From Octopus sinensis (lineage: Eukaryota), in the NCBI RefSeq assembly GCF_006345805.1, contig NC_043001.1:43152001-43216000 (forward strand): a DNA stretch of 64,000 nucleotides, in the 5' to 3' direction. Positions 1 through 12,732 of the stretch are shown piece by piece (the stretch's first letter is position 1; every line of letters starts with the position of its first letter). Under the pieces are notes generated by a model. It saw nothing but the letters and a program-made list of their open reading frames with translations, did no database searches and was not told the DNA's origin. The position numbers and the translations under genes are program-made.

Positions 1-1249
1 TCAGAATTGTCTATGTAAGATGTATTTCTTCCTTCATCTCTTAATTTTTAAATATATTCCAAAAGGAATATATCTAAATAGTAGTTTTAAAATTAGCTGT
101 CAAAGGTGGCTGAAGGCATGGATGCAGTGGGCAGTTGCCTTGGTGCTCTATGGATCTAGAGACCCAATGCAAATTCAAATCTGTGTATACTGTTACTTGC
201 TATCAGTAAATAAATACTAAGGGCTATAACCACACCACTTTGCTCAGAGACCTATAATGATATAATGTTTTTAAGATGACCTTGAACAGGTCAAACTTTA
301 TTCAGTAAATCTATGTTCAAATACATTTCTGCCATGAATATTCTTTTTTTTTTTTATATAGGAACATTGTAACAGGATTTCATAGTCTAATGTGTCTTAT
401 GGTGTAATGTGACAGATATATGGTTACTATTTTTAACTAGTTATGGGGTTTCATAGGAGCTTTTTCATTGTCCCAAACCTATAGATCTATGTAGATGTAA
501 GAATAATGTAAGAATGTAAGAATGTAAGAATAATGAAAAATGCATACGATTAATGAATTGCTCTCATAGTCACTGTTCCTATTCATTGGACATGCAATCC
601 CTGGGTGCTTTTGAAAGGAGAGTGTCACACCTTGTTGAAATTGCTTCTTCATTGACATTGCGATAACTAAGGACATACATGTGGTGATCCCTCATACAGT
701 AAGGCTGGTCATGGAGTCAGTAACCTGATGGTACCTAATAACCACTAACAAATCAAACTAACAAAGATGCAAACAAATTACAAATTAAACTTTAGATTAG
801 CAATGTTGGTAATATAAAAATCTATAATATTTTGCTAAAATTTATATTTTGAATCTCTGTTACTTCAAGCATATACTGATTAGATAGAATACACAAAAGT
901 GTTTGTTATAGTATTGTTATGAATGTGTGTGTGAGACAGGTTGATTGGCAGCTCAGTTAATAGTAGTCTGTTATCTCAACAATTGCTTGTTGTAATTGCA
1001 GTTGATTGTATCATGCTTAACATAATACAAGACATTCTGGCAAGTTTTCTGTCTCCAGTGAAGATTAAAAATTAACAATAATAATGATGTGAAAACAAGG
1101 TTGGTAACAATAAGAGTAAGGGGAAAACAAGATTTAGATCTACTATAAGTAAATTAAATGATTAACAGATTGGATCTTAGCAAGGTTTTTTTGTTATAAT
1201 GGGAAATCTGTTCTGGGAATAGGAGTAGATATTTTTGTAATGAACATCC

Positions 1250-2060
1250 ATCTAAACATTTTTATGGAGAGTGGTTGTCATGTGACTAAGGCTTGATATA
1301 CTTACTAACATTGTCACTGAGCTTCCAATGATATCAGTATTGCTATTCCTCATGCCTTACAAAACTGATGTTACATTAAGTTTTGATATGAAAGGTTATG
1401 TAACCTTTTATTTCCTTGCTTTAGCTTCAATGTCAATCCTGATGGAGCTGTGTTGAAGTGCTTGCATCTAATGTGTCAAATTTACAACTTCAATGCTGAG
1501 ATCCACTGCTTCTGACTGCTTCTGTATTTTAAGGTTCGGTGGTATTGCAACAAATTCAAATGTATTAATGAGAACAAGGCTTAAGGAACCTGCATTTTGT
1601 ACTCCATCAATTCAATTGATACAGTATCCTTAGTTGAAACAAGAATGAGATACACATTTGCCATGAACCAATAAAGAAATAATTGTTAGAAAAAGCATTC
1701 TCTAATGTGTTATCTCCTGATAGCTGGTGCATCCTATGTAGGTAGTAGATAATGTGCAGTCAATAATTTTTTCTGAAAAGAGATGGCATAGATATTTGTT
1801 GAGAAGTAGAAGTATGCATAATAAATTCTTTCTTTGAAGTTGTGTAGCTTTCAGTAGGTGCTGGGGCCATTATCAGGTCTCTCATCTCTATTGCTTACTC
1901 TTGTTGAAGTAAGCTTTATAATACAGGTTTGGTGCATAGTTTGTGGTTATATGTTGTGCATCAGAAACTTTACCTCTAGTTGTGCAGATGGTAGGACCAT
2001 TAGGATCAAAGGGATGAAACTGATCACTGCTGGTGGTATCGCAATCATAAATGGTGCACC
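1250..2060 (-). mobile_element. Highly decayed LINE reverse-transcriptase remnant
   Basis: Minus-strand peptides GVQNAGSLSLVLINTF (cf. GV.QG..LSP.LFN) and HFNTAPSGLTLKLK (cf. F..A...GLTIS.KKT), in RT order among many stops. Confidence 0.3.
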
Positions 2061-2239
2061 TTAAGGTTTGTCTTTGCCCAACCCATGTATGTTACATCAG
2101 AAAATATAAGAGAAAATGTTGCAATGACAAGTAGAAAATAAGATGACATCTATGGTAATTTTTAAAATGTTCAAATAAATCTTGAAACAAGGGATATATC
2201 TGGAAACTAAAGCCACAATGGAGCATTTTTTAATCACAT

Positions 2240-2560
2240 TTGGGTCACCAATGTAGAAAACATATTCATACATGCTGCACCAGGCTTCAATCGTCTGTTT
2301 TGGCTTGGCTTCTATATCTGGATACTCTTCCTAATGCAAACAGAGTGTACTGGGTACTTTTTACATGGCAACAGCACTGGTATTTCTTATGTGGTACTAG
2401 TACAGATACTTTTTATGTGACACCAGCACAGGTGGTTCTTACATGGCACCAGCAGGGGAACATTTTACATGGCATCAGCACAGGAATGTTTTATGTGGCG
2501 CCAGCACATGTGTTTTTTACATGCCACCAGCACTCATGAGCTCATAAGAGAAGAACCTCT
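2240..2560 (-). repeat. RTE 3'-tail-derived repeat with short internal modules
   Basis: CTGCACCAGGC...GATACTCTTCCTAATGC followed by repeated TTTTA(C/T)(A/G)TG(G)CACCAGCAC modules; same family as 5603-6545 and 13910-14150. Confidence 0.5.
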
Positions 2561-3059
2561 CAGCTGAGAGAGGGAATGGAACCAAGAGATTAGAGCATGA
2601 CAAAAGTAGCCTTACTATCTAGGAGATATTTGGCTACTTGGAGAGGAGTAAGGAGAGGAAGGTGGGAGAGAGTTAAAGTGAGAGATAGAGAGACTGTCAG
2701 AGAAAGAGAGAGAGAGGGCCTGACCACAGGGAACAGTGAGAGTAGTATAAGTAGTACAGATGTTCCATAAGACTGTGAGGGGAGATGTTTAGAGATAACA
2801 GAGATAGCAAGTGATGTTGAGAGGAATTGGAGTGACTGGGAGCAGGATCGATAAGTAGCAAGTGATGGTGATAGGAATTGAATTGAGTGGGAGGGGGTAT
2901 GGTAGATATATGAGGACATGGATAGTGTGTGGATAGGCACATGAGGGAGAATGGTGAAGCCTGGAGTGACTGGTGGGGGTGGGGGAAATAGGTCATTTTG
3001 GAAATTTGACAGAGGACAGAAATGTGTGTGTGTATGTGCATGTGTGTGTGTGTTTGAGG

Positions 3060-3870
3060 GATGGGGCATGACTGTAAAGGACAAGCCTTTATGTGTGGAT
3101 GGTCACAATTTTTATTAGCTTGACATGCACAACAAATTGCACAACAAATTGCAAGAAATCCTAGTCCCTTGTTATCTCTGTGAAGCTCAACATCTGATGA
3201 TCCTTTTTCACAAGTTTGTCCCATGTCTTCCTGGGTATACCCTTTCTACATGTTTCTTGCACAATTAGAGACTGGCACTTCTTTATGCAACTGTCCTCAT
3301 CCATATGCATCACATGACCATACCAGTGCAGTCTTCTCTCTTGCACACTACATTTGAAGCCTCTTATACCCAATTTTTCTCATAAATCATTTACACTCTG
3401 TCATACATGCACACTGACATTACCCATCCAGCAGCACATGCTGGCTTCATTGCTTTCGAGCCTTTGCATGTCCACTGTAGTCATAACCTATGTTTCACTG
3501 CCATGTAACATAGCTGTCTATACACAGGCGTCATACAATTTGCCTTTCACTCTGAGGGAGAGGCCATGTGTTACCAACAAAGGTAGTAGTTCTCTTAACT
3601 TTGTCCAGTATGTCCTTATTCTAGTAACTACACCTCTGAACTTCCTCCTCCACAGCTAACTTAGGTGCCTAGGTAACAAGCTATCAACTACTTCTAAGGA
3701 TGCCTCCAGACATTTGAGGAAGTCTATTCTGTGTACATCCAAAGTATTTATTGTACCCGCACATCTACCATAAACAATGACTACTTTCTGCACCTCTTAT
3801 GGATCCATAGCTTGCATTGGGTACATTGTATGGAGTTTCTGGCAACATATTTCCTACATATCAAGCAGGG
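3060..3870 (-). mobile_element. RTE-clade LINE, 3' RT fragment (degenerate)
   Basis: ELLPLLVTHGLSLRVKGKLYDACV..AMLHGSET and GIRGFKCSVQERRLHWYGHVMHMDEDSC...RKGIPRKTW. Confidence 0.8.
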
Positions 3871-4009
3871 CTGTCTCTATGAAGGGATTATTATGTGAGA
3901 TTTTATTACACACATACTTTCATACAAACACACACTTACAAACATAGATATTTCCCACACACATATGCATATAAGGATGAATACAAATGTATATACATGT
4001 ATGTGTAAC

Positions 4010-4079
<70 letters not shown>

Positions 4080-4210
4080 CAGGGTGTCCCAAAAAAATGT
4101 ATACACACCTTAAATAATTGTAAATTTGTTATTCTTTGTAAGCCTAGTACTTATTCTATCGTTCTCTTTTGCCGAACCACTATGTGTATACATTTTTTGG
4201 GGACACCCTG
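4080..4210. mobile_element. Tc1/mariner-type MITE, 131 bp, TA-flanked
   Basis: TIRs CAGGGTGTCCCAAAAAAATGTATACACA / TGTGTATACATTTTTTGGGGACACCCTG; TA on both sides. Confidence 0.9.
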
Positions 4211-4226
4211 TATATATATACACACA

Positions 4227-5063
4227 CAGGGTGCAATGGGTAAATTGTCAACATTTTATATTTTTACTTTCGCACATGCGCATTGTTTGTTTTGGATTTT
4301 GTCAACAATACAGTATAGTAGGGTCAGTTGGGCACTGTCTGTGAGAAAAACAACACCATGGTACAATTCACTCTGCCCAAAATTTGGAAACGACATGCCA
4401 TACTGCTTGCTCCGATATGAACATTTCAGAGTATTTGGCTGTCAATCTCAGGAGATGTACTGAGAGTGATAAAAATCAAACATCCAATCAACATCATGGT
4501 GTTTGAAGTGATCACTAATGATGGTGACGTTATGCTTCCATTCATTTTACCACACAGTCTCAGACCCAACACATCAAGTGTGTGGAGGAGGTAGTGCTGT
4601 CCTGAGTCAAGAGTGTGGCTCTTGAAGACCCTATGTATGGCAACATGATTCTGCACCATGCCACAAAAGCAAGAGGACCCAGTCATCACTGTCATAGAAT
4701 TTCTGCAACCATATCACCCCTAACATCTGGCCACCTAACTCCCCAGACTGTAACCCCTTTGATTATTATGTGTGGGGTGCAGTTGAGTGAGAGACTAATA
4801 AGACTCCTTATAACACTAAAGATGAATTGAAGGCAAGGATTATGGCAGCATTCGCCAAGGAGACCATCCAGAAGAGTTGCTGGAGATTCTGAAGTTATCT
4901 GGAGGCTGTGGTTGAAGCCAATGGCGATTTTATTGTATAAATTTACTCTTTAGTATTTCAAGATATTTTTGTGTAATTTTGGTAAATATATCTGTTAAAA
5001 TGAGATGTCAGTGTTATTTTCATTTTTGCATAATTTAGACGACAATATATTCATCACACTCTA
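4227..5063 (+). mobile_element. Internally deleted maT/DD37D-like mariner remnant
   Basis: Starts CAGGGTG; decayed peptides IKHPINIMVF.VIT.DGDVM, WQHDSAPCH, WPPNSPDCNPFDYYVWGAVE and LEAVVEANGDFI. Confidence 0.8.
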
Positions 5064-5129
5064 TGTATATATATATATATATATACATATGTACCTGTGT
5101 ATATATATGTGTGTGTGCATATACATATG

Positions 5130-5160
<31 letters not shown>

Positions 5161-5174
5161 GTATATATATATAT

Positions 5175-5570
5175 AGGCATAAGAGTGGCTGTGTAGTAAG
5201 TAGCTTGCTTACAAACCACATGGTTCTGGGTTCAGTCCCACTACGTGACGCCTTAAGCAAGTGTCTTCTACTATAGCCTCGGGCCGACCAAAGCCTTGTG
5301 AGTGGATTTGGTAGACGGAAACTGAAAGAAACCCTTCGTATATATGTATATGTATATATATATGTATGTGTGTGTGTGTGTGTATGTATGTCTGTGTGTG
5401 TTTGTGTGTCTGTGTTTACGTCCCCATAACTTAGCAGTTCGGCAAAAGAGACCAATAGAATAAGTACTAGGCTTACAAAGAATAAGTCCTGGGATTGATT
5501 TGCTCAACTAAAAGTGGTGCTCCAGCATGGCCACAGTCAAATGACTGAAACAAGTAAAAGAGTAAAAGAT
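5175..5570 (+). mobile_element. tRNA-derived SINE family A, full length, with an internal microsatellite
   Basis: A-box-like TGGCTGTGTAGT and B-box-like GGTTCAGTCC; body ...GCCTTGTGAGTGGATTTGGTAGACGGAAACTGAAAGAA; tail GACTGAAACAAGTAAAAGAG. Many copies in the window. Confidence 0.85.
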
Positions 5571-5602
5571 ATATATATACACATGCATATGTACATGTGT
5601 AT

Positions 5603-6545
5603 ATCATCATCATCATCATCATCATCATTTAACGTCCGCTTTCCATGCTAGCATGGGTTGGACGGTTCAACTGGGGTCTGAGGAGCCCGAAGGCTGCACC
5701 AGGCCAGTCAGATCTGGCAGTGTTTCTACAGCTGGATGCCCTTCCTAACGCCAACCACTCCGAGAGTGTAGTGGGTGATTTTATGTGCCACCGACACAGT
5801 GCCAGACGAGGCTGGCAGACGGCCATGCTCGGATGGTGTTTTTATGTGCCACCGACACAGGTGCCAGATGAGGCTGGTGAACGGCCACGATCGGATGGTG
5901 TTTGTTACGTGCCCACAACACGGAGGCCAGTCGATGCGGTACTGGCTACGGCCACGTTCGGATGGTTTTCTTGTATGCCACCGGCACTGGTACCACAAAG
6001 ATACAAATTCCATTGATGTTCATCTATTTTGATTTGATTTGATTTGATTTTGATTTTGATTTTGATTTTGATTTTCACTTGCCTCAACAGGTCTTCACAA
6101 GATGTTCATCTATTTTGATTTGTTTTGATTTGATTTGATTTGATTTGATTTTGATTTTCACTTGCCTCAACAGGTCTTCACAAGTGTCACAAGAAGGAAG
6201 GTATGCACAGGTGGACTGACTACGTCCCAGGTAGCCTGACTATTCTTGCCGGGTCTTCGGATGGTGTTTTTATGTGCCACCGACACAGGTGCCAGATGAG
6301 GCTGGCGAACGGCCACGATCGGATGGTGTTTGTTACGTGCCCACAGGACGGAGGCCAGTCGATGCGGTATTGGCTACGGCCACGTACGGATGGTTTTCTT
6401 GTGTGCCACAAAGATACAAATTCCATTGATGTTCATCTATTTTGATTTGTTTTGATTTGATTTTGATTTTCACTTGCCTCAACAGGTCTTCACAAGTGTC
6501 ACAAGAAGGAAGGTATGCACGTCCCAGGTAGGGTCCACGGGTTAT
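5603..6545 (-). repeat. RTE-tail-derived composite with duplicated ~270-bp modules and (GATTT)n
   Basis: (CAT)n-TTAACGTCCGCTTTCCATGCTAGCATGGGTTGG end; unit 5831-6100 recurs at ~6259-6520, with a partial copy at 6101-6184. Confidence 0.75.
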
Positions 6546-6639
6546 GGCCTGACTATATATATATATATATACATGCACACATTCATACGCACATATCCAC
6601 ACCCACATGTATATACATACATACATATGCATATATTCA

Positions 6640-6728
6640 AGATTCATTTGACTAAAAATTCTTCAACACAGTACCCCAGCATGGCCACAGTCTAATGACT
6701 GAAATAAGTAAAAGATAAAAGATAAAGC
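6640..6728 (+). mobile_element. SINE family A 3' fragment
   Basis: CCAGCATGGCCACAGTCTAATGACTGAAATAAGTAAAAGATAAAAG. Confidence 0.7.
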
Positions 6729-6840
6729 ATATATATTTGGATACATCAGTTGTAGGCTATACAATTAAGATGATATGTACTAACACAAACACATGTGTAC
6801 ATGCATACATACAACTCAAAATGCATGTATAAACTGACAT

Positions 6841-6948
6841 TTATCATATAGAGGGCACTGAGATAAAAAATTATTTGTGGAGGAAGAGACTAATTATCAT
6901 ATAGAGGTGCACTGAGATAAAAAATTATTTGTGGAGGAAGAGACTAAT
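6841..6948. repeat. Tandem duplication, ~53-bp unit x2
   Basis: TTATCATATAGAGG(T)GCACTGAGATAAAAAATTATTTGTGGAGGAAGAGACTAA occurs twice. Confidence 0.9.
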
Positions 6949-6949
6949 T

Positions 6950-7400
6950 TCTTCCTATCAATTCCAGCTAAAGAAGAGGAAAAATTATTCATGCAGCTGT
7001 AACTTACTTTGAAGTTATTTCTATTGAAGACTGCATGAAACTTATGGTTAGATGGGATGTATATACTGGCTAAATTTAGAAATGATCTGGCAATATTGGA
7101 TCTAAAATTCAAATTGAAAGGAGGATTATTTCATATAATTTTCTTCTGGTGTTTCTAGCTTTAAAGGTCCTTGTAGAAGAGTATATTCTATTCTATCATT
7201 GAAGCTGCTTCTGTTCAGAGTCTTATAAAATATAGCAACACAGTTAAAGTTTCTTAATTTGATTACATGCAGTCTATATATTTAATGCCTTCAGAAAGGT
7301 GTTGTTCATTGTACCAAGGTTTGTATCAATAACAACAATGATACAAAGAGCTACATAGGCCTTACAAAGATTTCATTCAAGATTAGATATAATCAACACA
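6950..7400 (-). mobile_element. Penelope-like element remnant (RT thumb/linker)
   Basis: LNRSSFNDRIEY, KII*NNPPFNLNFRSNIARSFL, HKFHAVFNRNNFKVSYSCMNN (cf. PLE WFNPPF and IFNRNTVKVSYSCM). Confidence 0.75.
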
Positions 7401-8159
7401 TGTACATATGGTCAGACATGCAACAACACTTTTGTGATACATTTGGAATTTTAAAGACAAAGGCATCTCAAACTACAAAATCAAATGGTTTATTATCAAA
7501 TTTGCTCCTGCTTACATCAATAGTAACAAGTGCTACCTCAGCTTTGCTTATTTAAAAAATTCAACTTATGCAACCTATTAAGATCTAAATTGAGATTGAC
7601 TTTTTCATGTTCCCATCAAAGAAAGTTTATTTTAGGATTTTCAAAATATGCACTGTATAATATTCCACAGGCCTTAGCTATTTCTATTAACCTCCACCAA
7701 TTCACATTGTCATCCCTTTGCCTACAGTCCTCCACTCTTACACAACCTATCTCTTCATCAATGAATGTATCTTTGCATGTATGTACATGTGTATGTAGCT
7801 GTGTATGAACATTTAATTTTTCACCTGTTTATATGTCTGTGTGTGTGTTTTTAGGAAAATATGTATGTAATTATATTTCACAAAATTCTTATGTAAATAT
7901 ATATACATATACATATATATATATATATATATATGTTCATAAGACTAATGTCTCAGTGCATATATATTTATATAGGTATGTTTGAGCATGTGTATGTATA
8001 GGTATATTTGCATACATGTATTACTGTGCACCTATGCTTATAGTAATATAAGTATATTATATGTCTATGTTTAATGTACATATATATACATATGTATAAC
8101 GTAAACATCAAAAGTTATGATCTTAACTTGAAGAATACTTTATAGTTAATTGTTCTATT

Positions 8160-9058
8160 TGGTAAACAGGTCATTTACAATTTTTCAAAATCGTCTAATA
8201 CAGCAATTCAAAAATATTTTCCAAGAAACCACAAATATAAAATTTTTAATCAACATAAGATTAGATCGGATTATTGTTTTAGTCATAACATTGCACAAAT
8301 TATAGCAACATATAATGTTAAAATAATATTGAAATTTTAAAAAAACCATTACAATCAGAATAGTGTTATAAATTTGAAGCATAATAACATGAAATGGAAT
8401 AAAAAAAAACTCAAATAGTAGGGAACACTAAGAAATTAAAAGTCGTGGAAAGGGAAAACAACCCAATTTAACATAAATAATGTCAAATCAAATAAAAATT
8501 AAGCTAGAAATAGAACAAAGATAGCATTATCTATATGAGTAAATAGTAATAAGAAACTTGGTGGAAATTAATTAAATTCTACAATGAATGATCAAATTGA
8601 AACTAAATCTGAGGGAAATATAAAAAGCTATCTTTGCAATTGTTCTAAATGGGAATCCTGTTATGTGAAAAATAAGTGTAAAACTATAAATGTAATATAT
8701 AGATATATAGTTACATCTGAGGGTAGGGAATCCTTTTACATCGTTGGGACATCATTAATTTTCAAGAAGAGACTGGCAAATCATTTGAGTTCATTTAAAG
8801 ACAAAAACAAAAAGTTCAAAACGAGTCTTAGCAAATTAATCTGGTCTTTTAAGGTCAGTAACAAGGACTATAGGATTAGCTAAATGGGAGCTAATTTGTA
8901 CAGCAAAACCATACAGACCTGGAACCAATAGATGTGACCTATGTTTAGAAGAATTTTACAGGATTTTCACATCCAAAGGTAATGCAATAAATTCTAGATG
9001 AGAGCAAACACTGAGATGTTTGCACCTGAGGAAATTCACATTTTCAAAATATAATTGA
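8160..9058 (+). mobile_element. Penelope-like element remnant with C-terminal GIY-YIG endonuclease
   Basis: KYFPRNHKYKIFNQHKIRSDYC; CNC..C..C; VIY..FYIVGTSLIFKKRLANHLSSF..TSLSKLIW; after a frameshift, WELI..KPY..RCDLCLEE..NSR. Confidence 0.8.
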
Positions 9059-9391
9059 ATAATTATTATTTAAACTACACAAAGTTTTGAAATGATGGAC
9101 TGAAAATGATTATCCAATAAGAACTTGTACTAGAGATTGTTCACGCCTGACTTAATGGACAGCTCTAAATTATACAATGCAGAGTTTATTGAAGAAAATC
9201 ATTAAATGGCTATACCGAGGGATATCAAGTGAAGACCCTGAAGAGACTGCACCTTTTCATAGTCGGGTTGAAAATGTAACTATAACTAATTGGTGTTAAT
9301 TGAAACATGTGTTGGTCTTAAAATATGTAATTATAGAATTAAAGGTAATGCTATTGCTACTTTGGAGTAATCTTTATTTTTAATAATGTCG

Positions 9392-9427
<36 letters not shown>

Positions 9428-9436
9428 GTGATGTGT

Positions 9437-10468
9437 GTATATATACACAGCATTGTACTGAAGAAAATTTTATTTCAAAAAACTGTGTCACGTCGTTTAG
9501 TTGAACATGACCTACAAGCAAGAGCACCTGCAGTGAAGCCACTGATCAGCTCCAAGAATAAAAAGTGCCGTCTTACCTTTGCAACCAAACATGTGTTGTG
9601 GTCTCAAGAAAAATGGCTAACGGTGCATTTCAGGGATGAATCTAAGTTTATGTTATTTGGCTCAGATGGGAAAAGGTACGTTCGTCGAAAAGTAGGTGAA
9701 AAATTGTCGCCTAAATGCCTTAAGACTAGTGTTAAATTCGGTGGAGGAAGTGTCATGGTTTGGAGGATGATATCTGGGGATGTTGTGGGCCCTTTGGTGC
9801 GATTACATGGAAAGGTAAATGCAAGAGTTTATAAACAACTTGTAAAAGATCATGCCTTGCCTGTGCTGAGAAATTCAACTAAGCGATCACCCATATTCAT
9901 GCAGGACAATGCCCCATGTCACAAGGCTAAAGTGGTCATGAACTTCCTCAAGGCTGAAAAGGTTATTGTTATGGATTGGCCTGCTCAAAGCCCAGATCTC
10001 AATCTTATTGAAAATGTGTGGAATATTCTAGGAGAATGTTCGAAGGCCAAAAATCCTAAAACAACCGAGCAATTATGGAATGCCCTTCAGGAAGAATGGA
10101 ATAAGATCACCCAGCAAGAAATTGAAAATTTAATTTCCTCATACAGTCAAAGATGTCAAAGTGTGATTGAAGCTAAAGGGCTTCACACTAAATATTAAAT
10201 AATTCCAGTATTCTCTGTCATTTTTGATTATTTTGTTATTTTTTCAACCGTTCTGATCATTTTGGCCGGCATGGGTTTTGCAGTATATCCCTAAATCATC
10301 CATAACTTTTGTATTATCCTCTCAAATTACACCAAAATCTCAGACAATAACAATTATTATTGTATTTATTGTCTGTGAAAATTATAGAATACAAAACAAC
10401 TTTTATAAAAAATTATACCTACTTTTCTGACAAAAACAATGCCGTTCTGAACATTTTGGTCGCAACTG
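9437..10468 (+). mobile_element. 5'-truncated Tc1 (DD34E) transposon with an IR/DR-type right end
   Basis: Open frame to 10198 with FRDESKF, FMQDNAPCH, SPDLNLIENVW (34 residues between D and E). Direct repeats CCGTTCTGA(T/A)CATTTTGG at 10248 and 10442. Left TIR and most of the HTH are absent. Confidence 0.92.
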
Positions 10469-10879
10469 TGTGTATATATATATATATATATATACACGCA
10501 CACATTGACAAACAGACAGATAGACATAGATGTAGATAAGGTGGAAGTTAATTCATGACCAAGTAAGACCACTTCCTAAATTTGATAAGCTCCTGAGAGT
10601 CAAGAAGTTTTTGTGTGTTAAGTTGTTTTGAGTGGGCAAAGTTTATTTTATACAAGTTTACCTTCCCCTAGAAAGAAAATGTAACAAGAACTATGGGTGC
10701 TTCGCTCCCACTGGTTCACAAGCTAGTTAACCCATAGCTAGGACACTAACAGGCACTACTACTCAGCATCGCAATAGACCTGAGAACAATAGTGGCTAAG
10801 AGTTGGTTACATACTCCTCAAAATCCTAGCATTCACATACCAGGGCCCCACTTCAACAGTTTAAAGTCATATCAGGGCA

Positions 10880-10970
<91 letters not shown>

Positions 10971-11130
10971 TGTGTGTGTGTGTAGTTTTAAATTTCTGAG
11001 TGAGAAATAAGTAGTAACAATACTACAGAGTGAAATTTATTTACCAACATAAGTTGGCAGTCCTGATTAGGGCAATGTTATGTCCCCAAGGCACATTAGC
11101 TCTCTTGTTCATGGTATAAGGACGCAGTTG

Positions 11131-11287
11131 TACATACATACATACATACATACATACATACATACATACATACATACATACATACATACATGCATGCATG
11201 CATGCATGCATACATACATACATACATACATACATACATACATAATAGATGGATGGATGGATGGATGGATGGATGGATGGATGGATG

Positions 11288-11361
<74 letters not shown>

Positions 11362-11378
11362 GATAGATAGATAGATAC
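11131..11378. repeat. Compound microsatellite (ATAC)n(ATGC)n(ATAC)n(GATG)n(GATA)n; second copy at ~12508-12731
   Basis: Read directly from the sequence. Confidence 0.95.
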
Positions 11379-11381
11379 GTG

Positions 11382-12251
11382 CAAGTGTGTGTGAGAGCTA
11401 AGTTTGATAATTTTTTATTCTCCTTTTTTCAGAAACAATTTGATGTGTTAGTGAACAGTCAACAGCATTGGAGAGCATAAATATTAAAGTTGTAGTTGAA
11501 AAAAACTTAGCCGACATGAAAAATTATAGCCATCAGAATATTGGAAAAGTGTTATCTGTATCATGATGATTTATGCAGGTATCAAAATGCTGACATCATG
11601 ACTGCTGCTCAATGCTCTGTGAACACTGTAAAGGCTGTAAGATGTGACATGGACAGCTGCAATGGAGTTTATGAAACCGTGGTTAACAGGAAGGAACATA
11701 GTAGGCATTCTGACCGCATCCACATGCTGGAATTCATCCTATCTTTAAACAGATGGCTATGTGCAGCTACTGGAGGCTGTGGTAAATTTCTGGCTGGAGA
11801 GGACTGCTGCTGAAAAGCCATATGTGTGGCTGCAGGATTTGGCTCCTTGTCATACCTCTGAAAACAATCAGAAGTAGTTGTCAGAGAATTTCTGGCTTCA
11901 CCAGCCCCAATTTCAGATTTCCTAATTCCTTCAGTTGTAATCCCATGGTTTACTATGTGTGGAGGTGCAGTTGAGGAAGACATCAACTACTCTACCTGCA
12001 ACACCAAGGCCAAGCAGGTAGCCAAGATCAAAGAGGTGTTCAAAGATCTTCCCAGGAACATATGCACCAGATTCTTGAGCTGTCTTAAGGCTGAGGTAGA
12101 AGCTGAGAGCAGCTCATTAGAGTAAACTGTTATCTTCCAACCATAATAAAATTGATATTTTTTGATTTTTTAAAAACTACTTTTACTTTTGGTTGAGATA
12201 TTGTTTTATTTTCCTTTTATGCAAACTGTCAAATTTAGCCTAAACACCCTG
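11382..12251 (+). mobile_element. Second maT/DD37D-like mariner remnant (copy 1; copy 2 at 12737-13607)
   Basis: Right TIR ...CTAAACACCCTG|TA; decayed KPYVWLQDLAPCH, CNPMVYYVW, NTKAKQVAKIKEVFKDL. Confidence 0.7.
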
Positions 12252-12656
12252 TATATATGTGTGTGTTTGTGTGTGTGTGGTGTGTGTGTGTGTGTGTGTG
12301 TGTTGTGTGTGTGTGTGTGTGTGTGGTGTGTGTGTGTGTGTGTGTGAGTGTGTGTGTGTGTAGTTTTAAATTTCTGAGTGAGAATAAGTAGTAACAATAC
12401 TACAGAGTGAAATTTATTTACCAACATAAGTTGGCAGTCCTGATTAGGGCAATGTTATGTCCCCAAGGCACATTAGCTCTCTTGTTCATGGTATAAGGAC
12501 GCAGTTGTACATACATACATACATACATACATACATACATACATACATACATGCATGCATGCATGCATGCATGCATGCATGCATACATACATACATACAT
12601 ACATACATACATACATACATAATAGATGGATGGATGGATGGATGGATGGATGGATG

Positions 12657-12732
<76 letters not shown>

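Noticed and set aside
1250-2060. Helitron PIF1 helicase reading (PSGL..LKLKQG-like peptide)
   Set aside because: Other helicase motifs were not found, and the ordered RT-like motifs fit better. Both readings are weak.
5175-5260. tRNA genes at SINE heads (also 27923 and 44453)
   Set aside because: A/B-box-like motifs continue into multi-copy SINE bodies, and I could not form a complete cloverleaf.
3877-5507. ORFs rich in HT/CV/YI repeats here and at ~11.0-12.7, 14.4-14.7, 24.6, 34.9, 58.5 and 63.4 kb
   Set aside because: They are translations of microsatellites, which lack stop codons.
5775-6520. CRISPR-like array of GC-rich repeated modules
   Set aside because: The context is eukaryotic, the inter-repeat segments are themselves duplicated rather than unique spacers, and there are no cas genes.
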